Assembly (NCBI GenBank): GCA_048268245.1
Contig: JBLWVX010000021.1
Span: 1 to 41,387, forward strand
Origin: Arcobacteraceae bacterium
GTDB lineage: Bacteria > Campylobacterota > Campylobacteria > Campylobacterales > Arcobacteraceae
DNA: 41,387 bases
Direction: 5' to 3'
Position numbers and translations under genes: made by a program. Positions 10,136 to 19,689 of this stretch are shown here, in pieces. Each line of letters opens with the position of its first letter. The first letter of the stretch is position 1. A model generated the notes under the pieces. It had not been told where the DNA came from, ran no database searches, and saw only the letters and a list, made by a program, of their open reading frames with translations.

Positions 10136-11423
10136 AATATTTTTAACAATAATTTTACTAAGTACATTTAGTTATACTTCAACTAAATCTATAGATAAAA
10201 AAATACAAAATAATAAAAAGATTTTAAATAGTAATGTCTCTAAAAAAAGAGCTACTACACAAAAAATCAATGAATTATCAAAAAAAATAAATCAACAAAA
10301 TGATAATATCTCAAAATTAGAAAAAGATATAAAAAGAATTAATTCAGATATAGAAAAACATACAGAGTTATTAGAAGAGTCAAAAAAGAAAATATCTTTA
10401 CTTAAAACAAAATCTTCAAAATTAATAAAAAAGAAAAAAACAAATGAAGAACAGATAGTAGATACTATTATTGAAGAATTTTCAACGTCAATTGCTTTAA
10501 AACTTGCATCTAAAAATAGCTTAAGAGAGCTTGTTGATAGTGAAATATATACTATTTTATCTCAAAATTCAAAAGATGAAATACTAAAACTAAATAACAA
10601 CTATGATTTACTTACAAGTAATACAAAAGAAAATCAAAAGAAAATCAAAAGAATCTCTTCATATATAAAAGAGAGACAAGAAACAAAGAAAACCCTAAAT
10701 ACGTTAAAATCAAAACACTCTGAATCTCTTAGTAGTTTAGAAAGACAACACAAAGAGTATCAAGAGCAATTAAAAGAAGTTGTAAGAAAACAAGAGTCTT
10801 TAAAAACTCTTTTATCTAAACTTAATATTCTTAAAAAAGAAGAAATAGAAAAAGAGCGTGAGAGAAGAGAAAGAATAAGAAGATTACTTGCTGAAAAAAG
10901 GAAGAAGGAAAACAGCAAAATAAGCTCTAAAAAAATCGAATCATCTCAAGATAGAAATCAAAGATATGCACAGAAGTTAAATCTTGATGTTAGAAAGATT
11001 GGATCTTCTACATCTGGTGTAAAAATCACAAGATACAGAGGGGAAAAAACAATTGCACCTCTAAAATCTTTTAAGGTTGTGAAAAAGTTTGGTACTTACT
11101 ATGACCCTGTTTATAAAATTAAACTATTTAATGAATCAGTAGTTTTAAAGACAAAAAGACCAAAAGCAAAAGTTGTATCTGTATTAAATGGGAAAGTTGT
11201 ATATGCTAAAAAAAATGCAGGAATGCTTGAAAATGTAGTTATTGTGCAACATCAAAATGGTTTACATACAATCTATTCTCATTTAGATGAAATAGCTCCA
11301 ACACTTAGGGTTGGCAAATGGATAAAAAAAGGTTATGTTATAGGAAGAGTAAGCAATAACCTAATGTTTCAAGCTACAAAAAACTCTTATCATATAAATC
11401 CAAAAGATTTATTTAAAATATAA
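10128..11423 (+). CDS. envC: EnvC-like murein hydrolase activator (coiled coil plus degenerate M23/LytM domain)
   Basis: Signal peptide, long coiled coil, M23 fold (GKVVYA...VVIVQHQNGLHTIYSHL...VKKGYVIG-like). The HxxxD and final HxH motifs are lost (NESVVL, LMFQ). Confidence 0.82.
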   Translation: MIKIFLTIILLSTFSYTSTKSIDKKIQNNKKILNSNVSKKRATTQKINELSKKINQQNDNISKLEKDIKRINSDIEKHTELLEESKKKISLLKTKSSKLIKKKKTNEEQIVDTIIEEFSTSIALKLASKNSLRELVDSEIYTILSQNSKDEILKLNNNYDLLTSNTKENQKKIKRISSYIKERQETKKTLNTLKSKHSESLSSLERQHKEYQEQLKEVVRKQESLKTLLSKLNILKKEEIEKERERRERIRRLLAEKRKKENSKISSKKIESSQDRNQRYAQKLNLDVRKIGSSTSGVKITRYRGEKTIAPLKSFKVVKKFGTYYDPVYKIKLFNESVVLKTKRPKAKVVSVLNGKVVYAKKNAGMLENVVIVQHQNGLHTIYSHLDEIAPTLRVGKWIKKGYVIGRVSNNLMFQATKNSYHINPKDLFKI

Positions 11424-11440
11424 AAATACAAAGGACTAAC

Positions 11441-12328
11441 ATTTTTTTAATCGACTTATCAACAAAGAAGCAGTTTGCGCTTTTTTGTGAAAAAAACAAT
11501 CCAAAGGATATGCAAACAGCAGTTAAATACTTTAATGTATTTGGTGGATATGACCTAAAGATTGATACTACAAAACCTATAGAGGAATTAATTAAATCTC
11601 ATATTTTAAATAACTATGAAGAGCTTAAAAGAGAAGTTCATTTACTAACAGGTGGTTATCATATAGACCATGCTGTATTAACAGGAATTGCTTTAAGTGA
11701 TAGAAGAACAAATGCTTCTTTTAAAAGAGCTCATGTAAGCTTTGAAGAGGGAATGACTTGTGTTGATAACCTTTGTGATAAAGGTATCATTGAAATTGAA
11801 TCATCATTTAACTTCTTAGCTAAAAAAATAAATAATAGTGATGTGTCAAAAAAGCTTTTATTTACGACACCATTTTTAAGATTTTGGTTTGCTTTTGTTT
11901 CACCTATTTATAAAGGTATTAGAGATAAAAAATATACTGAATTTGATGAGAGATTTAAAAACAACTTTACACAATTTCAAGAGTTTATTTTTGAAGAATT
12001 ATGTATGGAATACTCACGAGATTTCTACGAAAAAGATGGAATTAAAGATTTAGGTAAATACTGGGATAAAACAAGACAAATAGATGTAATAGTACAGACA
12101 AAAGGCAACAAAATAATAGTTGGTGTTTGTAAAAACAGTACTTCAAAAATGAAAAAAGCAGTACTTACAAAACTAATGCAAGATTGTAAGGATGTTGGGA
12201 TACAAGCTGATGTATTTATTTTATTTGCAAACAATGGCTTCACAAATGAACTAAAAGCTATGAAAAGTGAAACACTAAAACTTTTTAACACAAAAAGTTT
12301 AAAACTACTTACACAAAGTAATAAATGA
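11441..12328 (+). CDS. DUF234-type protein (winged-helix region plus C-terminal PD-(D/E)xK-like domain); start may be ATT at 11441 rather than ATG at 11510
   Basis: FTTPFLRFWFAFV and FEELC...GKYWDK.RQIDV...IVGVCK are typical of DUF234 proteins. The frame is open upstream to a stop at 11414-11416, and AAGGA lies at 11431-11435. Confidence 0.7.
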   Translation: MFLIDLSTKKQFALFCEKNNPKDMQTAVKYFNVFGGYDLKIDTTKPIEELIKSHILNNYEELKREVHLLTGGYHIDHAVLTGIALSDRRTNASFKRAHVSFEEGMTCVDNLCDKGIIEIESSFNFLAKKINNSDVSKKLLFTTPFLRFWFAFVSPIYKGIRDKKYTEFDERFKNNFTQFQEFIFEELCMEYSRDFYEKDGIKDLGKYWDKTRQIDVIVQTKGNKIIVGVCKNSTSKMKKAVLTKLMQDCKDVGIQADVFILFANNGFTNELKAMKSETLKLFNTKSLKLLTQSNK

Positions 12329-13398
12329 ATCTTGTAAACTTCGATTATATCAACCAAAAAGATAAAAAGCTTACACAGCTTTTTATCAACTCAAGAGATG
12401 TAAAAAAATATATCTTAGGTATAAATAAATTTGGGAAAGCCATAACTAAACATATAAAGGTTGATGGTATAATAGATGACTTTACAAGAGTTCAAAGCTC
12501 AAAAAAGAAACATATTCTAAAAATAGAAGATGTACCAAAAGAAAATTCAATTATTCTTAGTGTTTCTACTGGAAGTCCTATAGAAGTGAAAAACAAGCTA
12601 GATGAATTTGGCTATGAAAACTTTAACTACCTTAGTTTTTATAACAATAGTAACCTTGAACTACCCTCTCCCATTTTTATGGGTGATTTTAAAGAAGACT
12701 TTTTAAAAAATAAAGATAGATATAAAAAAACATATGAGCTTTTAAAAGATGAAAAGTCAAAAGAGGTTTTTGAAAAAGTAATTAACTTTAAAATTAGCTA
12801 TGATTTAGAGTTTATGAAAGACTTTACAAATGACCATGAAAATCAATACTTTGATAAAGATATAGTTCCTAAAGTAGATAGTATAAACTTCTTAGATGGA
12901 GGAGCTTACGTAGGTGATACTTTAGAGTTTATTCTAAAAAACTACCCTGACTATAATAAAATCTATTGTGTAGAGCCAAGTTTACTTCATATAAATATAG
13001 CAAAAAGAGAAAACCCTAATTTAAAAAATGTTGAGTTTATAAATTGTGGACTAGGAAATAAAACTCAACTTATAGAAGATAACTTACAAGAGCCTCAAAA
13101 TAACTGTAGGCATGACTATCAAACACAAAATATAAACACAATAGATAAGCTTATAAAAGAGAAAATAGACTTTATCAAGCTTGATATAGAAGGGGATGAA
13201 ATAAAGGCCTTAGAAGGTGCTAGAAATACGATTAAGAACTACCACCCTATTTTAGCTATATGTATTTATCATAAAGCAAGTGATTGGTATGAAGTTCCAA
13301 ACTTAATACTTAGCATAAGAAATGACTATGATATATACCTTAGACATTATATGGAAGGTATATATGAAACTGTGATGTATTTTATTCCAAAAAAGTAG
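12325..13398 (+). CDS. FkbM-family SAM-dependent methyltransferase
   Basis: FLDGGAYVGD, CVEP, FIKLDIEGDE..ALEGA, P.LAICIYH and YLRHY; ATGA overlap with the upstream gene. Confidence 0.88.
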   Translation: MNLVNFDYINQKDKKLTQLFINSRDVKKYILGINKFGKAITKHIKVDGIIDDFTRVQSSKKKHILKIEDVPKENSIILSVSTGSPIEVKNKLDEFGYENFNYLSFYNNSNLELPSPIFMGDFKEDFLKNKDRYKKTYELLKDEKSKEVFEKVINFKISYDLEFMKDFTNDHENQYFDKDIVPKVDSINFLDGGAYVGDTLEFILKNYPDYNKIYCVEPSLLHINIAKRENPNLKNVEFINCGLGNKTQLIEDNLQEPQNNCRHDYQTQNINTIDKLIKEKIDFIKLDIEGDEIKALEGARNTIKNYHPILAICIYHKASDWYEVPNLILSIRNDYDIYLRHYMEGIYETVMYFIPKK

Positions 13399-13470
13399 AA
13401 TAGATTTTCCCTTAGTTTTATTTAAAATATAATTCAAGTGAAATAAGATATTTAAATAATTTTTTAAAAT

Positions 13471-13683
13471 ATTATTTTCATTCCAAATACTCTTGAAGCT
13501 CTTAAATACTTCAAAAAAAATAAAATTGACATATTTGTCACAGATATAAAAACATCTCCTTTATGTACCTTTGAAATGATTGAATTAATGAGAAGTTTTA
13601 ATACTATAAATAATCTTGGTGTGAACTATTCTCAAGGTTACTATTTTGGTAAACCTGAGAATATTAATTTCTTGAATATTTAA
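13471..13683 (+). pseudogene. Remnant of a REC...EAL signalling gene with a large internal deletion
   Basis: A startless 70-codon frame translates to ...LEALKYFKKNKIDIFVTDIKTSPLCTFEMIELMRSFN (receiver-like) joined to NLGVNYSQGYYFGKP (EAL C-terminal motif), then TAA. Confidence 0.72.
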
Positions 13684-13688
13684 AAGAC

Positions 13689-15518
13689 CTAGATTTCATC
13701 TAGTCTTTTTTGATATTCTTCTTCGATTTCATCTAATTCATGTTGACTTATTTCAAGCTGTTCAAACTTGTCTTCAACTAGCTTTTCATTTTTAGTTACT
13801 ACTTGTGAAAGTTCTATTACCTTACTGTTATCACCTTCATTTGAAGCTTTTATAAGCTCTTCTTGTTGAGTGCTAACTTCATCTTCTAATTCCATGATTT
13901 CATTTTCTAATTTCTCAAGTTTTTTCTTTAAAGGTGATGTTTTTTTACTTCTTTCTTGTATAATCTGAGCTCTTAATTTTTTGTTCTCTTTTTTATTTAC
14001 TTTAGGAGCTACTTTCTTTTTCTTATCTTCTTCCTCTTCTTCCCAACCTATTTTCTCTAGGAATTCATCATATCCCCTATCGAAATATGAAGCTGTACCT
14101 TTTGAGAAAATAATTAGACTATCACATACTTCCCTTAGAAGCTCTTCTGAGTGAGTTACTATTAAACATGAACCATTAAAATTTTTAATAGCTTTAATAA
14201 GTGCATCAATTGATTGCATATCAAGATGGTTTGTAGGCTCATCTAGGAATAATAAGTTTACATCAGTTGCAAGTATCTTTCCAAGCATTACTCTACTTTT
14301 TTCACCACCTGATAAAAGAGATATTTTTTTCTTGATATCATCACCACTAAACATCATAGATCCAGCAATACCTCGAACTGAAGATTCAGCTAGTTTTGCA
14401 TTTCCAAGATATATCTCATCCATGATTGTATTTTCAGGGTTTAAATGGTCTATATTTGTTTGTCCAAAATGACCAAGCGTTGTTGAAGTATGAAAATCAA
14501 CAGTACCACTTAAATGTTTTAGTTCCCCTGCAATTGTATTTAGAAGTGTAGATTTACCCTTACCATTTTTTCCTATGATTCCAATAGTTTCACCTTTTTT
14601 TAGTGCAAATGATATATCTTGAAATAAAAGATTTTTTTCATCATAACCAAATGAAATATCTTTTACATCAAGTAAAACTTTGCTTGGTGTATCTTTATAG
14701 TTAAAATCAAAATCTAAAGTAGCTTCATTTTCTAAGCTTCCTAAGTCTTCCATCTTATCAAGTTCTTTTTGTTTTGACTGTGCTTGAGCAGCAGTTGAAG
14801 CTCTTGCTTTATTCTTAGCAATGAACTCTTCAAGTTCTTTTCTTTTTCTTTCATTTGAAGCTTTTTGTTTTTCATAGTGCTCATCATTTGCTTCAAGCTG
14901 AGCATAAAACTTATGAGTACTTCCAGGGATAACTTCTAAATTTTTCCTAACTAATCCCATAGTATGAGTAGTTATACTATCCATAAAATCTCTATCATGA
15001 GTGATAATAATAACTTCACCATCAAAAGATTTCAAAAAACTTTTTAGCCATCTTAAAGATACAATATCCAAGTAGTTTGTAGGTTCATCAAGAAGCAAAA
15101 GATTAGGTTGAGTTACAAGTAACTTAGCTAAGTTTATTCTGATTTGATAACCACCTGAGAAACTTTGAGGAGATTTGTCTAAATCTTCATGAGAAAAGCC
15201 TAATCCAAAAAGAATTTTTTCTACCATATAGACATTATATTTATCTTCTTCACTTAAAGCAGTTGAGCCTTCTTCTCTAACAGTTTTTTCAGTAAACACT
15301 AAATGCTGTTTTAAAGCTCCTATTTTATAGTTTTTAGGTATGTTTATCTCACCATCATCAGGATGTTCTTCGCCTAAAATGATTTTAAACAAAGTAGATT
15401 TTCCACTACCATTTCTTCCTACTAAACCTACTTTATTACCTTTGTTTAGTCTAAAGTTTAAATTCGTAAATAACTCTTTGTTTGCAAAGCTTTTTGAAAT
15501 ATTTGAAAGTTCTATCAT
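13689..15518 (-). CDS. ABC-F family ATPase (YheS/Uup-like)
   Basis: Two ABC domains (GRNGSGKST, FSGG, LLLDEPTNYLD; GKNGKGKST, LSGGEK, LDEPTNHLD), no TM segments, C-terminal coiled coil. Confidence 0.92.
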   Translation of the reverse strand: MIELSNISKSFANKELFTNLNFRLNKGNKVGLVGRNGSGKSTLFKIILGEEHPDDGEINIPKNYKIGALKQHLVFTEKTVREEGSTALSEEDKYNVYMVEKILFGLGFSHEDLDKSPQSFSGGYQIRINLAKLLVTQPNLLLLDEPTNYLDIVSLRWLKSFLKSFDGEVIIITHDRDFMDSITTHTMGLVRKNLEVIPGSTHKFYAQLEANDEHYEKQKASNERKRKELEEFIAKNKARASTAAQAQSKQKELDKMEDLGSLENEATLDFDFNYKDTPSKVLLDVKDISFGYDEKNLLFQDISFALKKGETIGIIGKNGKGKSTLLNTIAGELKHLSGTVDFHTSTTLGHFGQTNIDHLNPENTIMDEIYLGNAKLAESSVRGIAGSMMFSGDDIKKKISLLSGGEKSRVMLGKILATDVNLLFLDEPTNHLDMQSIDALIKAIKNFNGSCLIVTHSEELLREVCDSLIIFSKGTASYFDRGYDEFLEKIGWEEEEEDKKKKVAPKVNKKENKKLRAQIIQERSKKTSPLKKKLEKLENEIMELEDEVSTQQEELIKASNEGDNSKVIELSQVVTKNEKLVEDKFEQLEISQHELDEIEEEYQKRLDEI

Positions 15519-15573
15519 TAATCTTCTTTTCTATTAAATTAAGGGCTGATTATATGAAATTATAAGTTAGAGA

Positions 15574-15774
15574 TTAATTATAGTACTTTTTATAAAGTTT
15601 ATCTGAGATATTCTCATTTTTCATTTCTTCTAATGCCTTTTGAAATTTATAAGCAACACTATTTTCATCTATCTTAATTGGAAGGTTATTTATAGTAATC
15701 TCTTTTGATTTGTCAAAATTTAGATTTTTTACATAAGAAAACTTATCAAAGTTTATTGAGAAGCCTAAATACAT
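15574..15774 (-). CDS. 66-aa small ORF or remnant resembling the C-terminus of a family-3 solute-binding protein
   Basis: YLGFS...KFQKALEEMK.E...KLYKKY pattern; GGAGG SD at 15785-15789; TGcTATAAT at 15847-15855 on the minus strand. Confidence 0.45.
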   Translation of the reverse strand: MYLGFSINFDKFSYVKNLNFDKSKEITINNLPIKIDENSVAYKFQKALEEMKNENISDKLYKKYYN

Positions 15775-15860
15775 AGGTTTATAACCTCCACAACATTTAT
15801 CATATACTTTTTAAAATAATCAATGTTATTAATTTTTATATAGTAAATTATAGCATATAA

Positions 15861-15890
15861 AAAAAGGTAAGATTTTACTCTTACCTTTTT
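15861..15890 (-). terminator. Intrinsic terminator downstream of dapD
   Basis: AAAAAGGTAAGA-ttttac-TCTTACCTTTTT inverted repeat; the A-run gives a U-tract on the minus strand. Confidence 0.85.
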
Positions 15891-15919
15891 GAGTGTTTTA
15901 GTTAAACTGTAGTTTTATA

Positions 15920-17107
15920 CTAGTGTAAGTCAGCGTTTAATTTAACTTCTCTAGTTGATCTCATAGCAATTGTTTGACCAGTTGTAGAGTTAACTCTAAA
16001 GTGAACTCCATTTACTCCTAAGAAATCACTTCCTTTCATAGTAGTAGAAATCTCTTTGTCTGGATTAATCTCTTTTAAAGCAGCAACAGCTTTTTCAGAT
16101 AATGTAATTTTAGTACCTGGTAAAATTGTAACACCTGCATCTAAGATACAAGAATCACCAATAGCAGTACCTGTACAAGAGTTAGCACCTAATAAAGTAT
16201 TTTCTCCAATAGTAACAGGAACACCATCAGTTCCAGATAATACACCAAGAATAGAAGCACCACCACCAACGTCAGAACCAGCTCCAACCTTAGCAGATGA
16301 TGAAATTCTACCTTCAACCATTACAGAACCTTCAGTTCCAGCATTGAAGTTAATGTAAGCAGCACCTGGCATTACAGTTGTACCAGCAGCTAACTGAGCA
16401 CCAAATCTTACTTTGTTTGTATCTAAGATTCTTGTGTTATCAGCAGGAATTACGTGATCTAAGAATTGAGGGAATTTATCTACTTTAGTAATACTTGGGT
16501 ATTGACCAGAAAGCTTTAATGTAATCTCATTTTCTCTTAACCAGTCTAGTTCAATTGGTTGATTTCCAACCCACGCAACGTTATGTAATTGACCAAAGAT
16601 TCCATTTAAGTTTAATGATCTAAGTGCAGCTTTACCAGTTGATAAAGCATATAATTTTAAGTATGCTGACTCAACAGATTTTGCATCTGCATCTTCAAAA
16701 ATAAATACTACTTTATAATCATCTGCAGTGTATCCAGAATCAATTGGTAAAGATGATAATGCAGAAATTACTTGAACATTCTTGTGAGCATCACCTTTTG
16801 CTTCTGGAATATAAGGTCTAAATGATTCAATACACTCTGCTAAGAAAGTATCAGAAACTGAACAAACTAATTCAGAACCAGATGTATCTACATTATTTCC
16901 TGCTTTTTTAAGTGCATTTAATAATACTGCAGCACTTCCATAGTTTTCTTCCCAGTTAATTAATGGGTAAGTTGCTTGAAGAATTTTTTCAGGGTTTAAC
17001 TGTCCTCTGTCAACTCTTGCAATACCAAATCCAATTGGGTTTTTATACCAATCTTGTGATTGAATATCTTCTACTAATTTTTTGAAATCTTCTTTTGTAT
17101 AAGCCAT
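15920..17107 (-). CDS. dapD: Tetrahydrodipicolinate N-succinyltransferase (long Campylobacterota type)
   Basis: AYLKLYALS, VDKFP, VRFGAQLAAGTTVMPG..YINFNAGT, MVEGRISSS and GGGASILGVLSG hexapeptide region; AGGAGA SD. Confidence 0.93.
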   Translation of the reverse strand: MAYTKEDFKKLVEDIQSQDWYKNPIGFGIARVDRGQLNPEKILQATYPLINWEENYGSAAVLLNALKKAGNNVDTSGSELVCSVSDTFLAECIESFRPYIPEAKGDAHKNVQVISALSSLPIDSGYTADDYKVVFIFEDADAKSVESAYLKLYALSTGKAALRSLNLNGIFGQLHNVAWVGNQPIELDWLRENEITLKLSGQYPSITKVDKFPQFLDHVIPADNTRILDTNKVRFGAQLAAGTTVMPGAAYINFNAGTEGSVMVEGRISSSAKVGAGSDVGGGASILGVLSGTDGVPVTIGENTLLGANSCTGTAIGDSCILDAGVTILPGTKITLSEKAVAALKEINPDKEISTTMKGSDFLGVNGVHFRVNSTTGQTIAMRSTREVKLNADLH

Positions 17108-17196
17108 GATATCTCCTAAAAATTTTGCCGATTATACAATAAGTTTTCTAATATAAGATTAAAATAATCCTATTTCATAAGTAATTAAATGTTTAT

Positions 17197-19044
17197 TTAA
17201 TATATAGTATCCATATCTATAGTAGCCATAGGTGAAGTAACACTATGTAAGGCTTCAAGCATTGCTTTTACATTTTTTGATCTTAAAACAATCTCATATC
17301 TATATTTATTTGCCATTTTAAAAATAGCACATTGTCCAAAACCAACTACTTCTATATTTGGATTTGATTTTAAAATTCTTACATATTTATCAAGTTCTTC
17401 TTTTACTTTTAAACCATTGGTATGGGCAAAAATAACCTTTGAAAGTTTTAAATAAGGAGGGTATAACTCTTCTCTAAATTCTAACTCACTTTCTAAAAAC
17501 TCTTTATAGTTAGAATCATTTAAATAAAAATCAAAAAAATCTTCATTTTTTGTCTGAATTATAACTTCTCCATCACCTTTTCTTCCACTTCTTCCTGCAA
17601 TTTGAATAAGCAAAGATAGTGCTTTTTCCCTTGATTTATATGAGTTCATACTTAAAACAGAGTCTATTCCAAGAACAACTGCTAATTTTACATTGTGATA
17701 GTCATGGCCTTTTGAAAGCATTTGAGTTCCAACTAAAATATCAATTTCACCTTTATTAAACTCATTTAAAACAGTTTTTAATTGCTTATTTGTTTTTATC
17801 TCATCCCTATCAAATCTTTTTATACTTTTATTTGGAAAAATCTCTTTTAACTCTTCTTCTATTTGTGCAGTACCAACTCTTAGATTGTGAATAATCCCAG
17901 TACCACAAGAAGGACAACTATCTGGAATTTGTTGAGCATATCCACAATAATGACACTTTAAAGCTAAATCATTTTTATGTAAACTCATAGATACAGAACA
18001 ATAAGGACATTCAACTGATTTACCACATGAAGTACATATCTGATATTTAAAATTTGCTCTTGTAGGTAAAAAAATGATTACTTGATTTTGTGATTCTATA
18101 GTTTGTGAGATTTTATTTAAAATCATTGGAGTTAAACATGAATCCCCATCATCAAAAATATATTTTTTTGATGTATCATAAAAAGTTTTTTCAAGTCTAA
18201 AGTAAGGCACTTTTGCAAATGAACTAGCAGATACTGTAGCACTTCCTAAAATAAGTTGCATATCAAATTTTTTTGCCATATAAATAGACAAGTCTTTTGT
18301 ATTAAGTCTTGGCTTTGAGTCACTTTTATAAGACTCATCGTGCTCTTCATCAACTACAATTAAACCTAAATCTCTATAAGGTAAAAATAAAGCAGACCTA
18401 GCACCTGCAATAAGTTTTATCTCTCCTATTTGAAGTTTATGTAAAATCTCATCTTTTTTCTTTCTAGTGATTTTAGAATGCCAAATTGCAACGCTATTTC
18501 CAAAGACTTTTTCTAACCTTTTTTGCATTTGAGGAGTAAGTGAAATTTCAGGCATTAATAAAACAGCTTGCTTATTTTGATTTAAATGCTCTTCTATAAT
18601 CTTGATGTAAATCTCTGTTTTTCCAGCACCAGTATTTGCAAAAAGTAAAGCTTGCTTTTTTTCATTTAAAAACTCATAAGCTCTTTCTTGCTCAACTGAG
18701 AGTTCTATTTTTGTATCAAAAACCTCAAATTCACTACTTTTTTCAAGACCTTTTTTAAAAGGACTATATACACTTAAAGCTTCACCTAGTGAGCATACAT
18801 AGTACTGTGATACAAACTTAGCTACTTGAAGCATCTTTTCATCGAAGTATTCATCTGTAAGTTCTTCTACATCTACACACTTAAAAGTTGGTTTTTCAAC
18901 CTCTTTTATAACAACTGCTTCATTTAGTTTTTTTCTATTTTGAAGTTTTACTAAGACCTTTGAACCAATATCTAAAGAGTTTTTGCTTTGATAAGTTAAA
19001 GGATTTAAAGGAGACTTTAATAAGGCTAATTCATAATAATACAT
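17197..19044 (-). CDS. priA: Primosomal protein N' (replication restart helicase)
   Basis: TGAGKTEIY, PEISLTPQ, GARSALF, VDEEHD.SYK, four CxxC pairs, GTQMLSKGHD and QIAGRSGR. Confidence 0.95.
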   Translation of the reverse strand: MYYYELALLKSPLNPLTYQSKNSLDIGSKVLVKLQNRKKLNEAVVIKEVEKPTFKCVDVEELTDEYFDEKMLQVAKFVSQYYVCSLGEALSVYSPFKKGLEKSSEFEVFDTKIELSVEQERAYEFLNEKKQALLFANTGAGKTEIYIKIIEEHLNQNKQAVLLMPEISLTPQMQKRLEKVFGNSVAIWHSKITRKKKDEILHKLQIGEIKLIAGARSALFLPYRDLGLIVVDEEHDESYKSDSKPRLNTKDLSIYMAKKFDMQLILGSATVSASSFAKVPYFRLEKTFYDTSKKYIFDDGDSCLTPMILNKISQTIESQNQVIIFLPTRANFKYQICTSCGKSVECPYCSVSMSLHKNDLALKCHYCGYAQQIPDSCPSCGTGIIHNLRVGTAQIEEELKEIFPNKSIKRFDRDEIKTNKQLKTVLNEFNKGEIDILVGTQMLSKGHDYHNVKLAVVLGIDSVLSMNSYKSREKALSLLIQIAGRSGRKGDGEVIIQTKNEDFFDFYLNDSNYKEFLESELEFREELYPPYLKLSKVIFAHTNGLKVKEELDKYVRILKSNPNIEVVGFGQCAIFKMANKYRYEIVLRSKNVKAMLEALHSVTSPMATIDMDTIY

Positions 19045-19045
19045 T

Positions 19046-19480
19046 TTAATAAAGCTCCTCGCAAACTTTTTTGGGTTTAATACAAGAAAAAATAGAGTTT
19101 TCTAACTCAAATAATACTTCATCACTACTATTTAAAATAAATACATACTCTTTGGAACTTTTTTTATACCAATGAGCTTTTTGTTTTAAAGTTTGATTTG
19201 TTGATTTTACTGGATATTGTAAAACTTTTGAGAAAAGTTTTTCATCTTTTGTCATAATTGAAGCATCATCCAACTTATCAACTTCATCATAGTTGTTTTG
19301 TAAAACTCTTTGTTTTTTTAAGTTTGTAATACCATTTTGAATAAGAGCAATATCTGCTTTTAATTTTGTAAGATTTGTATTTTGATTTATTAAATCAAAT
19401 TTTGATACTGCAAAACTTAATATAATTGAAACTATTAATATAACTATAATAATTTCTAAGATTGAAAAGGCTTTCTTCAT
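19046..19480 (-). CDS. Prepilin/pseudopilin-type protein (type IV pilin N-terminal methylation motif)
   Basis: MKKA|FSILEIIIVILIVSII class III signal peptide; C-terminal Cys pair. Confidence 0.8.
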   Translation of the reverse strand: MKKAFSILEIIIVILIVSIILSFAVSKFDLINQNTNLTKLKADIALIQNGITNLKKQRVLQNNYDEVDKLDDASIMTKDEKLFSKVLQYPVKSTNQTLKQKAHWYKKSSKEYVFILNSSDEVLFELENSIFSCIKPKKVCEELY

Positions 19481-19689
19481 TAAAACCTTGCTAATTTTTC
19501 TGAAATTTGTTCAACCTCTTTTTTGAAAGTTGAATACTCTTGTGTAATTCTAATATAAGCAGCTAATAAATCTTTTGTATTATTCTCTTTTTCTAGCTCT
19601 AAATATTTTGTTAGTTGTTGTTCCATCTCTTCATCAACATTGATAGTATATGCCATGTGATTAATATAAAATGTAATCTCTTTATTCAC
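19480..19689 (-). CDS. Small protein, ZapA-like (inferred)
   Basis: Two N-terminal beta-strand-like segments (EITFYIN, AYTINV), a helix, then a coiled coil; overlaps both neighbours. Confidence 0.5.
   Translation of the reverse strand: MNKEITFYINHMAYTINVDEEMEQQLTKYLELEKENNTKDLLAAYIRITQEYSTFKKEVEQISEKLARF

Noticed and set aside
10128..11423. Active M23 endopeptidase
   Set aside because: The zinc-ligand motifs are degenerate and the gene follows ftsEX, which fits an ordinary EnvC activator.
12025..16358. ORFs 12025-12357 (-), 15340-15537 (+) and 16056-16358 (+)
   Set aside because: Antisense shadows of the DUF234, ABC-F and dapD genes.
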